A stretch of 60,180 nt of DNA, from IMG/VR virus record IMGVR_UViG_3300031965_000029, positions 1 to 60,180 of that record; one strand, given 5' to 3'. The notes under the pieces are model-generated. The model saw nothing but the letters and a program-made list of their open reading frames with translations. It had not been told where the DNA came from and did not search any database. The translations under genes and the position numbers were made by a program. Numbering within the stretch: position 1 is the first letter of the stretch; the number at the start of each line of letters is the position of its first letter. This DNA comes from a virus. This document shows, piece by piece, positions 16,459 through 24,475 of this stretch.

Positions 16459-16955
16459 CACTTCCTCCCGTCGCTGTTATCCAGCGTCTGATAATAAAAC
16501 GTATGCAGGAACCCCAGCGGCACGTTCTCAGGGCCGCCCATCATCCAGAGCCACAGCGCACGACCGGAACGGCCATTACCATCCATGAATGGATGCAGCG
16601 TTTCATAGAGGCAGTGGATTTCCCACGGTGTCATCCCGGCGTTGTTGACGTTCCAAAGAATTTCCCTCAGACGATGAACGACTTCGTTACCACCCAACGG
16701 CGGCGTATGCTTCCCGACTCGGCAGTTCATTCCGAGTTTATCACGCAACGGTTTTCCGGGGGCGACGACGGCAACAAATTCAGTCAGCGTCAGAACCGTG
16801 ATCTGCGTCCGCGACAACAGACGTTCATGCGCCGCGATTTCCTGCGGCGTCGGTTCGCGCAGGATGCCCTCGATACGGTTGCTCTCACGGACGAACGAGC
16901 GTAGCCCCTCCGTCGTGGCGTATTCGTCGAACAGTCTATCTAACTCGTCACTCAT
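16458..16955 (-). CDS. Fic-domain protein (putative AMP-transferase)
   Basis: Intact Fic motif HPFMDGNGRSGR. N-terminal SNRIEG fits the [ST]xxxE[GN] inhibitory-helix motif. ATG 16955 overlaps the helicase stop. Confidence 0.85.
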   Translation of the reverse strand: MSDELDRLFDEYATTEGLRSFVRESNRIEGILREPTPQEIAAHERLLSRTQITVLTLTEFVAVVAPGKPLRDKLGMNCRVGKHTPPLGGNEVVHRLREILWNVNNAGMTPWEIHCLYETLHPFMDGNGRSGRALWLWMMGGPENVPLGFLHTFYYQTLDNSDGRK

Positions 16956-19441
16956 CACACTCTCCCTTCCTTCTTCGCGTTTCGTTTCTGCATCTTGGCG
17001 ACGAAGACGTGCGCCGCCCAAGACGGTTTCTTATTCGTCTTCTTCGCCATCCTCAACAGGTATTCAAGTTCCTCGACGTTTCCGCCCAGCCGATTCGCTA
17101 AATCGTAGGCTGCCTCGACGGGCTGCATCCCAGCACCAAGACTTGCCTTAAACGCATCGACGTGTTGGCGCTTAAATACGGCTGGATCAATCTGCTGCAA
17201 CTCGCCTTCGACGTAATCCACGGCGCGGCCTTCGACGACAAACGGGGTGCCGCAGAACCGGCACACCGAACCGCCCGGTCGTTGGGCGGCGTAACAGCCC
17301 GGACAGAGTTTAAGCTTTACCTGTGAGGCTGCACCTTTTTTCTGACGCCCCTCACGACCTTCAAGCGACCACACCCGTTCCTCGTCGGGTAGGCCGTGGC
17401 GCTGCACGTTCCCGGCGTGGTCCAGAATGATCGCGGTCTTCCCCGGAATGTACCGCAGCGCCCGTCCACAGAATTGAAGCCACAGCGTCAGCGATTGCGT
17501 CGGTCTGCCGTCGATGACGCACTCCACGGTTGGAACATCGACTCCTTCGGAAAATAAATCTACGTTTGTCAAGACCTTTATGTTACCGGCGCGAAAATTC
17601 TCCATCGCCGATTCGCGTTCGTTAGTCGGGGTGTCGCCGTCAACATGAACCGCAACGATCCCGGCGGCGCAGAACTGAGCCGCAATATGTTTTGAATGTT
17701 CAACCGAAACCGCCCGCAGGATGGCGCGTTTTCCGGCGGCATGTTTCTGATAATGCCGGATCATGTCTCCGGTCACAGTGGGCTTGTCCATTTCGGCGGC
17801 GAGTTCGGCTTGAACATAATCGCCCATGCGGGTATGGGCCTTTCTGAGATCAGGTGCGCCCGGTGCGTACAGTGTGTATGGGGACAAATAATTATTGTCG
17901 ATCAGCCAGCGCACAGATGGCCCCTGAATGATGCGCTGGAAATATTTACCAAGCCCCTTACCATCCGTCCGTTCCGGTGTCGCCGTCAGCCCGATCAGCC
18001 ATGCGTCTGGGAATGCCTGTATCAGTGCTTCCCATGTCTTCGCCGCCAAGTGATGGGCTTCATCAATAACGATCAGCTTCGGCCTCCGCAGCCTGTCCCG
18101 TCGCCGTGATAGCGTCTGTATCGAACCGATCTGTATCGGATGGATGGAGTCTGGAGCAAACCCTGGAGCGATTATGCCGTGGGGGATGCCTCCGAAATTA
18201 AATGTGTTCGTACTCTGCGAAAGCAACTCACGTCTATGTACGCAAAAGAGCGATGGCGTCCCGCGTTCTGCTGCGGTGCCGAGCATGTTGGCCGTCATCA
18301 CGGTATTGTGAGTTACCGTGAAATCACCGAGAAGAAATAAACGATCTGGCCCCTCTAACTCAAACCCAAAATATTCTCCCAATCCGACTGGTTCAGCCTT
18401 TAACCCAGTTACCAGATGGTCTTTTTTTTGTGCGCGCAGTGGAATATTTAAATGGCGCTTACGCAAAAACGGAATCTCTGAAAAATCTCCGGTGATATAG
18501 CACCGATAATAGGTTCCAGTTGCATTGGTATTGGTGCATGTTTTTTGCGTTTCTTTTTTATATGCAGCAAAACCAAGTGATCGCGCAAGAAACAAAAGAT
18601 CATCAAAGAGTTTCTCTACCTTAAATGTGACTTCAAAGCCACCCTTAGACAGATACCCATCAGAATCCAACATTCCTGCTAGTAGAATTTGGCGGTTTGC
18701 GCGTGATGCTGTCTTATAAATATGTGGTATGTGTTTATTTCCCAACAGATTGTGCGATCGCATCAACGCCTGCAAAGATGAAGAACGTGGTTTATCCATT
18801 TGACTAACCGTATTAACTCCAATGCAATTTCCGCGTTGCTCACGAAAACTAATCCGCATACCGATACGTTCTGCATGTCCGCATATCCATTCCACAATCT
18901 CTTTATCGCCAGTGGTTATTTCTGTTGTCCTAGACGTTCCATCACCAAGCCAGAGGCCAAGAAAATATGGGTCTATAGGAAGATCGCATTCGCCTTGAAA
19001 ATTAATCGGAGCCCGCCATCCTTTGTGAACGTGCCGAAACCAAGTGTTAGTTTCATAAAAATCACGAACACAAATATTAACAATAGTTCCTTTGCGCGTG
19101 TCTCCGGCCTTCTCAGCAGTACGTTTTAAGCTGAGAATATGGGCATCGTTGACGATATAGGAATCGCCTTTGACAGGGGTAATCTTGAAAAGCGGACCAA
19201 CCCCTTTGGTGACTCCCTTCACAGTTCTTGGTGTGCTATCTGGCCCCATCACCAAGTCGCCGTTCCTGATTTCTTCCACGGGCACGATTTTCCCATCGGA
19301 CATCATCACGGGAGTTCCTTTTCCAAGGCACTTTCCCGACCCTGTCGGCGCAACAATACATTGAGCACGAATCCCGGCTTTCATACCTGATCGGACCTCG
19401 TTTATGATGTCGGCCTGAAATGGGTGCAGATTCACGGTCAT
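16955..19441 (-). CDS. SF2 DEAH-box DNA helicase with C-terminal zinc ribbon; intein-containing precursor
   Basis: Walker A APTGSGK / T is interrupted by 342 aa. DEAH box LIVIDEAHHL. Helicase C-domain QFCGRALR. CPGC...CRFC ribbon. Confidence 0.85.
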   Translation of the reverse strand: MTVNLHPFQADIINEVRSGMKAGIRAQCIVAPTGSGKCLGKGTPVMMSDGKIVPVEEIRNGDLVMGPDSTPRTVKGVTKGVGPLFKITPVKGDSYIVNDAHILSLKRTAEKAGDTRKGTIVNICVRDFYETNTWFRHVHKGWRAPINFQGECDLPIDPYFLGLWLGDGTSRTTEITTGDKEIVEWICGHAERIGMRISFREQRGNCIGVNTVSQMDKPRSSSLQALMRSHNLLGNKHIPHIYKTASRANRQILLAGMLDSDGYLSKGGFEVTFKVEKLFDDLLFLARSLGFAAYKKETQKTCTNTNATGTYYRCYITGDFSEIPFLRKRHLNIPLRAQKKDHLVTGLKAEPVGLGEYFGFELEGPDRLFLLGDFTVTHNTVMTANMLGTAAERGTPSLFCVHRRELLSQSTNTFNFGGIPHGIIAPGFAPDSIHPIQIGSIQTLSRRRDRLRRPKLIVIDEAHHLAAKTWEALIQAFPDAWLIGLTATPERTDGKGLGKYFQRIIQGPSVRWLIDNNYLSPYTLYAPGAPDLRKAHTRMGDYVQAELAAEMDKPTVTGDMIRHYQKHAAGKRAILRAVSVEHSKHIAAQFCAAGIVAVHVDGDTPTNERESAMENFRAGNIKVLTNVDLFSEGVDVPTVECVIDGRPTQSLTLWLQFCGRALRYIPGKTAIILDHAGNVQRHGLPDEERVWSLEGREGRQKKGAASQVKLKLCPGCYAAQRPGGSVCRFCGTPFVVEGRAVDYVEGELQQIDPAVFKRQHVDAFKASLGAGMQPVEAAYDLANRLGGNVEELEYLLRMAKKTNKKPSWAAHVFVAKMQKRNAKKEGRV
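18305..19330 (-). mobile_element. Class-1 intein with LAGLIDADG homing-endonuclease domain, inserted in the helicase P-loop
   Basis: Starts CLGKGTPVMMSDG directly after GSGK and ends GDFTVTHN before +1 Thr. Block B reads GDSYIVNDAH. LAGLIDADG motifs are FLGLWLGDGTS and LLAGMLDSDGYL. Boundaries were checked at the codon level. Confidence 0.85.
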
Positions 19442-19917
19442 TCAACGCCCCCTACGAAGTCGCGCCAGTGCTTCCAGCCAGCCTTGGTCCAGAACCCCCA
19501 CTCGCGGACGTGCGGCCCGGTGATGAACAGGGTCCAGGCGTCTAGGTAAAGGTATGTTTCCACCCGATGCGGCTCCGCAGCCGTCCGAATCACGACATCT
19601 CCAGCAACGCGGTTGATACGAAATGGCGGCGCGTCGTAGGGAGCCGGAGTGCTGGGCCACGGCATAACCTCAACGTACCCACCGGACAGCACCACGGACA
19701 TATTTGCCCAAGGATGGTCGTGCAGTTCAAAGGTGTCGTCGCTGCGCTGGAAGTGGTGGAGATAAATGTTGAGGAATCTATTCCGTGGAATCAGCCACCA
19801 TCTTTTTAAGTAAGGCACCGGAGTCTCGGCCCCGATAATCCAGTCCGGTTCGCGGCGGTCGGCGATACGCAGCAGGCGATCCCGCATAAATGCGGTTATA
19901 CGGGTGGGGAGTTTCAT
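19438..19917 (-). CDS. hypothetical protein with HDHPW motif (possibly cupin-like)
   Basis: ATG 19917 lies 4 nt after the upstream stop; YLKRWWLIPRN...LHDHPWANMSVVLSGGYVE. Confidence 0.6.
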   Translation of the reverse strand: MKLPTRITAFMRDRLLRIADRREPDWIIGAETPVPYLKRWWLIPRNRFLNIYLHHFQRSDDTFELHDHPWANMSVVLSGGYVEVMPWPSTPAPYDAPPFRINRVAGDVVIRTAAEPHRVETYLYLDAWTLFITGPHVREWGFWTKAGWKHWRDFVGGVE

Positions 19918-19921
19918 GGCG

Positions 19922-20164
19922 TCACTCCACCGGCACGTCGCGGCCAAGGATCAAATCGGAGGCGGTGATGTCCCATCCCTGTTTCGTGGCCTCGGTCAAA
20001 ATAAGTATCTGCGAATCCGGCGGTATGACACCCATCTTCCGCCACCTGATAACCGATGAATGACAGCGGCCAACGAAGCGCCCCGTGGCGCGGGGGCCGC
20101 CGAGGAAGTCGATGACGTATTCCGGTGGTGTCAGGTGTCGTGTACGGGTGGGTTTCTTCGGCAT
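19922..20164 (-). CDS. Cro/YdaS-like HTH regulator; first gene of the leftward replication operon
   Basis: 80 aa, GGPRATGRFVGRCHSSVIRWRK; AGGAGG SD; directly downstream of a near-consensus promoter. Confidence 0.55.
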   Translation of the reverse strand: MPKKPTRTRHLTPPEYVIDFLGGPRATGRFVGRCHSSVIRWRKMGVIPPDSQILILTEATKQGWDITASDLILGRDVPVE

Positions 20165-20194
20165 GGGGTTCCTCCTGAAAAAATATCTGGCCCA

Positions 20195-20223
20195 ATCATA
20201 CGGTGCATATTGACAACCGTCAA
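20195..20223 (-). promoter_or_regulatory. Leftward sigma70-like promoter
   Basis: On the minus strand: TTGACG (20223-20218), 17-nt spacer, TATGAT (20200-20195). Confidence 0.7.
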
Positions 20224-20238
20224 GACGGTATATATAGT
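20210..20238 (+). promoter_or_regulatory. Rightward sigma70-like promoter, interdigitated with the leftward one
   Basis: TTGACA (20210-20215), 17-nt spacer, TATAGT (20233-20238). Confidence 0.7.
20216..20229. promoter_or_regulatory. Perfect palindrome ACCGTC-AA-GACGGT; candidate operator shared by both promoters
   Basis: Read directly. It occupies the spacer of the rightward promoter and covers the -35 of the leftward promoter. Confidence 0.5.
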
Positions 20239-20271
20239 GATCGTGAAATTTGTTTGGAGGAACCCGTTGAG

Positions 20272-20490
20272 ATGAAAAAATACATGCTCCATCCAGGCCA
20301 TGTGATAAGCCGATATGACGGTGACGTGCATTACATTTCAGCAGCGCAGCTTCGTGTCCTGTATGGTGTGCCTGAGTCTGAATGCGTAATTTGTGCTGAC
20401 AGAAAATACAGCAATGGAGAAAATGAGGCTGATGACCAAAGATTTATTCATTTATCTCCGAGCAGCAGCGGAACATATAAATTACCGTAA
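20272..20490 (+). CDS. hypothetical protein (72 aa)
   Basis: GGAGG SD before ATG 20272 (the ORF-track frame opens at GTG 20203, inside the promoter). Confidence 0.6.
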   Translation: MKKYMLHPGHVISRYDGDVHYISAAQLRVLYGVPESECVICADRKYSNGENEADDQRFIHLSPSSSGTYKLP

Positions 20491-20496
20491 TTTGTC

Positions 20497-21558
20497 GTGG
20501 AGGACAATCGAGTGACCGAGAACATAAAATTCATCACCCCCCGCGACGAGGCCCACTGGCTCGATCTGAGAACTACGGTACTGACATCAACCGAAGTCGC
20601 GGCGCTGTTCGATCAGTCGCCGTATATGACGGCGTTTGAACTCTGGCACCGCAAGGCTGGTCGCCTCGATTCGGCGTTCGAGGAATCGGAGCGCACCCGT
20701 TGGGGGACGCGGCTGCAAGACGCCATTGCCATGGGTGTTGCCGAGGACAACGGCTGGAAGGTCCTCCGCATGGACGAGTTCGCCATCCTCGGCGATCTGC
20801 GGGCCGGGTCGAGTTTCGATTTCTGCATCGGAGACGAACACGAAACCTGCGTCTGCGGCCATCCGAAATCAGACCACATCCATGAGGAGGGTGCCTGTCG
20901 CCCCGGCGCTGAGTGTGCGTGCGACGGCTACCGTCTGCGCCCCACGGCCCTGCTCGAAATCAAGAACGTCGATCACTGGATCGCCAAGGAAGGCTGGATC
21001 GTCGAACGAGACGGCACCGATGATTACATCGAAGCACCGGTCCATATCGAGATGCAGATTCAGCATCAGATGTTGGTGTCCGGTGTTGATAAATGTTATC
21101 TTGCAGCCCTCGTCGGCGGCAATCGTATCCTGTTATCGGAGCGCACCCCTGACCCAGTGGTACAGGACGCCATTAAACAGGCGATCACCGAGTTCTGGCG
21201 CAGCGTTGATGCCGGTGAAGAACCGGTTCCGAATTTCGAGCGTGATGCCGAGGTTATTTTCAGACTTCACGGGTTCGCCGAATCCGGTAAACTCGTCGAG
21301 GCCAGCGATCACGTCTCCGCCTTGGCCGTTGAACAGGCCAATCTGGGCCGCGCGATAAAAGAACTGGAAACCAAACGTGATGCCCTGAAAGCAGAAATCC
21401 TCACCGAAATCGGGGATGCCGAAAAGGTCACATGGGAAGGCGGCTCCATCAGCGCCGGAATGGTTGCCGAAGCAGAAATCGCATACACCCGCAAACCGTA
21501 TCGCGGGTTCCGCGTCACGTTGAAGAAACCGAAACCCCCTGCGGACGCCGCCGATTAA
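20497..21558 (+). CDS. YqaJ-type (lambda Exo-like) recombination exonuclease with a Cys/His-rich insertion
   Basis: LTSTEVAALFDQSPYMTAFELWHRKAG and LEIKNV (ExK). The insertion is ETCVCGHPKSDHIHEEGACRPGAECACDGY. GTG start. Confidence 0.75.
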   Translation: MEDNRVTENIKFITPRDEAHWLDLRTTVLTSTEVAALFDQSPYMTAFELWHRKAGRLDSAFEESERTRWGTRLQDAIAMGVAEDNGWKVLRMDEFAILGDLRAGSSFDFCIGDEHETCVCGHPKSDHIHEEGACRPGAECACDGYRLRPTALLEIKNVDHWIAKEGWIVERDGTDDYIEAPVHIEMQIQHQMLVSGVDKCYLAALVGGNRILLSERTPDPVVQDAIKQAITEFWRSVDAGEEPVPNFERDAEVIFRLHGFAESGKLVEASDHVSALAVEQANLGRAIKELETKRDALKAEILTEIGDAEKVTWEGGSISAGMVAEAEIAYTRKPYRGFRVTLKKPKPPADAAD

Positions 21559-21617
21559 CTCGCCGCGTGACGCCTGACCACAACCGATTAACCGATATCT
21601 AACACTTAGGAGGAACC

Positions 21618-22592
21618 ATGAATACCACAGCCAAACAGATCACCCCATTCGAGGAAATTAGGCACTCCCTTACCAAGATGGAATCGCAGTTTCAGGCCGC
21701 ACTTCCGGCGCATATCAAGCCGGAGAAATTCATCCGTGTCGCCTGCACCGCGATTCAGACCAACCCAAACCTGCTCAAGGCAAATCGCACCTCTCTCTAC
21801 GCATCCTGTACCAAGGCCGCTCAAGACGGCTTGCTCCCCGATGGTCGCGAAGCCGCGCTGGTGACGTTCGGAGATCAGGTCCAGTACATGCCGATGATTG
21901 CCGGTGTCCTGAAAAAACTCCGCAACAGTGGCGAGTTATCGAGCATTGCGACTCAGATTATCTACGAAAAAGACGTGAAGGAAGGAAAATTCAATTATTG
22001 GATCGACAGCGACGGAGAACACATCGACTACCGTCCAGATATGTTCGCTGATCGAGGCCAGATCATTGGCGCATTTGCTATGGCAAAACTGACCGATGGC
22101 GCCCTCTATGTGTCTGTTATGACCAAGGCCGAAATCGAGAAGGTCCGCAATGTGAGCCGCGCCAAGTCGAGTGGACCTTGGGTTCAATGGTGGGACCAGA
22201 TGGCCGAGAAAACCGTTCTTAGGCGCCTGTCCAAGCGTCTCCCGATGTCCACGGATATTGATGGCTTATTCGGCGATGACCATCATGACGAGGAAGTGGT
22301 TGGCGTCGGGCAGCAGCAAGCACCGCGCACGGCACCTGAGATGCGCGACGTAACGCCTGAGCCTGAACCGGAGCAGCCGAAGAAGCGCCAGAGCCGCGCC
22401 CAAGCCGCTGTGGCTGCCAAGAAAACGCCGCCGCCGCCTGCTGCCGAAGAACCGCCGCTGTATGACGGCCCCGGAAACGGAGAGATTATTGACGGTGAAA
22501 CAGGCGAAGTCTATGGTGGCGTCGGTTGCGCTGGGGATGGAGTTGACGGCTCGGTTGGCGGACCCGTTGGCGACGACGAAATCCCGATTTAA
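21618..22592 (+). CDS. recT: RecT-family single-strand annealing protein
   Basis: IQTNPNLLKANRTSLYASCTKAAQDGLLPDGREAALVTFGDQVQYMPMIAGVLKKL is RecT-like; low-complexity C-terminal tail; TAGGAGG SD. Confidence 0.8.
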   Translation: MNTTAKQITPFEEIRHSLTKMESQFQAALPAHIKPEKFIRVACTAIQTNPNLLKANRTSLYASCTKAAQDGLLPDGREAALVTFGDQVQYMPMIAGVLKKLRNSGELSSIATQIIYEKDVKEGKFNYWIDSDGEHIDYRPDMFADRGQIIGAFAMAKLTDGALYVSVMTKAEIEKVRNVSRAKSSGPWVQWWDQMAEKTVLRRLSKRLPMSTDIDGLFGDDHHDEEVVGVGQQQAPRTAPEMRDVTPEPEPEQPKKRQSRAQAAVAAKKTPPPPAAEEPPLYDGPGNGEIIDGETGEVYGGVGCAGDGVDGSVGGPVGDDEIPI

Positions 22593-22710
22593 TACCGCGC
22601 GGAGTGGCCCGGATATCCGCATGAATACAGTTGGGCCTAAAAAGTAAAGATGCGGCGGATTCGTGCCCCATGCACGGTCCAGATGGCGGGGCGATAATCC
22701 CGCCAACATC

Positions 22711-22787
22711 CTGAGCGTAGATCAGTCTGGTAGATCGCCTGCCTTGGGTGCAGGAGGCCGTTGGTTCAAATCCAGCCGCTCAGACCA
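22711..22787 (+). tRNA. tRNA-Pro (anticodon UGG), CCA encoded
   Basis: Hand-folded cloverleaf. Acceptor CTGAGCG/CGCTCAG with the C1-G72 pair typical of bacterial tRNA-Pro. D arm GATC-AGTCTGGTA-GATC. Anticodon arm CCTGC-CTTGGGT-GCAGG. T arm GTTGG-TTCAAAT-CCAGC. Confidence 0.85.
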
Positions 22788-22793
22788 CAACGA

Positions 22794-22827
22794 AACCCGC
22801 GTCTGAAATATGGCGCGGGTTTTTGTT
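22794..22827 (+). terminator. Rho-independent terminator after tRNA-Pro
   Basis: AACCCGCG, 12-nt loop, CGCGGGTT, followed by TTTTGTTT. Confidence 0.75.
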
Positions 22828-22990
22828 TGATTGCATAATGGTTATGAAATAAAATATAAGCGGGCGCCGTAAGCGTTAGGACTCGTTGAAGCCAATTGAT
22901 TGTCAACGTCATAGTCTCAATGCGGTTATGTCTGGCAGCGTAAGGTGGGGTTCGCTCCCGTCCGTCCAAACAATTTTCTGGAGACAGCAA

Positions 22991-23179
22991 ATGAAAACAC
23001 TGGTTATCATCTGGGCATTTGTCACGCCGGGGCAGAATTTCAGCGGGCTCGTCGAACGTATTCAAATCCCCGCCGCTCTATGCGCCGAGGCGATGCGCGA
23101 CCTAAACCGGGCATCACCGATGATATTGGAAGACCCGGACAACGGATATTATAATGCCGTTTCGTCTTGGTGTGAGTGA
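22991..23179 (+). CDS. small protein with hydrophobic N-terminus (62 aa)
   Basis: GGAG lies 7 nt before ATG 22991; MKTLVIIWAFVTPG... Confidence 0.45.
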   Translation: MKTLVIIWAFVTPGQNFSGLVERIQIPAALCAEAMRDLNRASPMILEDPDNGYYNAVSSWCE

Positions 23180-23198
23180 ACCGAGGCCGTCTGGTATA

Positions 23199-23450
23199 TC
23201 ACCGCGTCACCTCCTGATAAAACGTATGCCCGCAATTGAACCCGATCTTGACGATGTTCGGCCCCCACGATGCGGGCTTAACACGGCCTTCATGGAAGTG
23301 CGTAACTCCCCGCGCCCAATCAGGAACCTTGACCAGCCCGGAGTACACCATAACAGCAGCTTCGGCGGCTTGCAGCGCGGCGCGTACTTCTAGTTCCAGT
23401 TTCACATCTGCGTATGAACGCTTGCGAAATCTCTTTAGAAAATCAAACAT
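23199..23450 (-). CDS. hypothetical protein (83 aa)
   Basis: GAGGGGG SD before ATG 23450 (the ORF-track start at 23465 is TTG). Confidence 0.55.
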   Translation of the reverse strand: MFDFLKRFRKRSYADVKLELEVRAALQAAEAAVMVYSGLVKVPDWARGVTHFHEGRVKPASWGPNIVKIGFNCGHTFYQEVTR

Positions 23451-23474
23451 TGATAACCCCCTCAATCGTGCGTT

Positions 23475-23615
23475 TCATTTTAGCACCCTCTCCAACCAGA
23501 CCAGCAGCACTCCCGCTATCAATGCCCCGGAAATGATGTTTGAATGTACGCCATAGCGCGGAGCATACCGACGCTTGGCCTCTCGCTCGCTGATAAATGT
23601 CTCAAGCATTGCCAT
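23475..23615 (-). CDS. small membrane protein (46 aa)
   Basis: Hand-translated MAMLETFISEREAKRRYAPRYGVHSNIISGALIAGVLLVWLERVLK; GAGG SD. Confidence 0.45.
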   Translation of the reverse strand: MAMLETFISEREAKRRYAPRYGVHSNIISGALIAGVLLVWLERVLK

Positions 23616-23622
23616 GTTTTCC

Positions 23623-23994
23623 TCAATTCAACGTCGCCAGATATTTCTGGGCGTGTTCCTCTTTAACCTGTTCCATCGTCGGGCGGCGCTCGATCATTTC
23701 CTTGGCCGCCGCGATAACCTCCAGCAGATTGGCGGCGAGGTTCTTCGCATCGTTGTTATCTGCACCGTCTTGGATGGCGCCCATTTCTTCAAATGCCACG
23801 GCGAAAATCTCCGCCGTTTTTAGGGGGAACACTTTACGATATGTATCCCCGGCGTTCAGCATGATGTGGCAGTCCGAGAATTTATCGTCGGCATCCCACA
23901 TCGGGACAATCCCGGTATCGTAGGCTCCATTTTCAATGATGGCATCAACGATGTCGTTCAAGATGTCCGCCAAGTTTTCGCTTCTGGTTTTCAT
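23623..23994 (-). CDS. hypothetical acidic protein (123 aa)
   Basis: ORF track; coupled gene array. Confidence 0.6.
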   Translation of the reverse strand: MKTRSENLADILNDIVDAIIENGAYDTGIVPMWDADDKFSDCHIMLNAGDTYRKVFPLKTAEIFAVAFEEMGAIQDGADNNDAKNLAANLLEVIAAAKEMIERRPTMEQVKEEHAQKYLATLN

Positions 23995-24233
23995 TTCTTG
24001 TCTTCCTTAGCGTGGGCTATGGCGGATGCGGCGATTCCGCAGCGTATGTTAAATACTTCGTCGTCGTCTATGTAGCCGGTGGCCGCGCTCAACACTTCTA
24101 ATGCCTCCAGCAGAGTTGTGTTGAGTACTTGGGAATGACAAATTTCGATAGCTGCTTCCCGGCAGCGGAAAGCAAGTTCGTGCGAACTTTCTGTCTGGTT
24201 GCTTTTTGTTAAACGACTTACAAGGTCGCTCAT
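23991..24233 (-). CDS. hypothetical protein (80 aa)
   Basis: ORF track; 4-nt overlaps at both ends. Confidence 0.55.
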   Translation of the reverse strand: MSDLVSRLTKSNQTESSHELAFRCREAAIEICHSQVLNTTLLEALEVLSAATGYIDDDEVFNIRCGIAASAIAHAKEDKK

Positions 24234-24463
24234 TTCGTTTGCTCCGATTTTAGTAATTCCCTGCGGCGTATAATTGAGAGCGCCCTGCCAATAAGCGGCT
24301 GCACCAAAAGTTCCGTTAATTTGTTATCCGTATCAACAACAAGTTCTTCTATACGGCGCAGATCGGATTCACTGATTAGTATCCCGCACTTACCAATAAT
24401 TATTTGGTGGTCCAACACAGGAGGTTCTATTTTATCAGGCGTCTCAATCTTCTTGCTCATCAC
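24230..24463 (-). CDS. hypothetical protein (77 aa)
   Basis: ORF track; coupled. Confidence 0.55.
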   Translation of the reverse strand: MMSKKIETPDKIEPPVLDHQIIIGKCGILISESDLRRIEELVVDTDNKLTELLVQPLIGRALSIIRRRELLKSEQTK

Positions 24464-24475
24464 TGACCCTCCAAA

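Noticed and set aside
22685-22704. Hairpin GGCGGG-GCGATAAT-CCCGCC just upstream of tRNA-Pro, considered as a terminator
   Set aside because: There is no downstream T-tract. It is more likely a processing or stability element of the recT-tRNA transcript.
22788-23200. Region after tRNA-Pro examined as a possible attP/integration module
   Set aside because: No integrase or recombinase ORF is nearby or elsewhere in the genome. The tRNA is complete and followed by a normal terminator.
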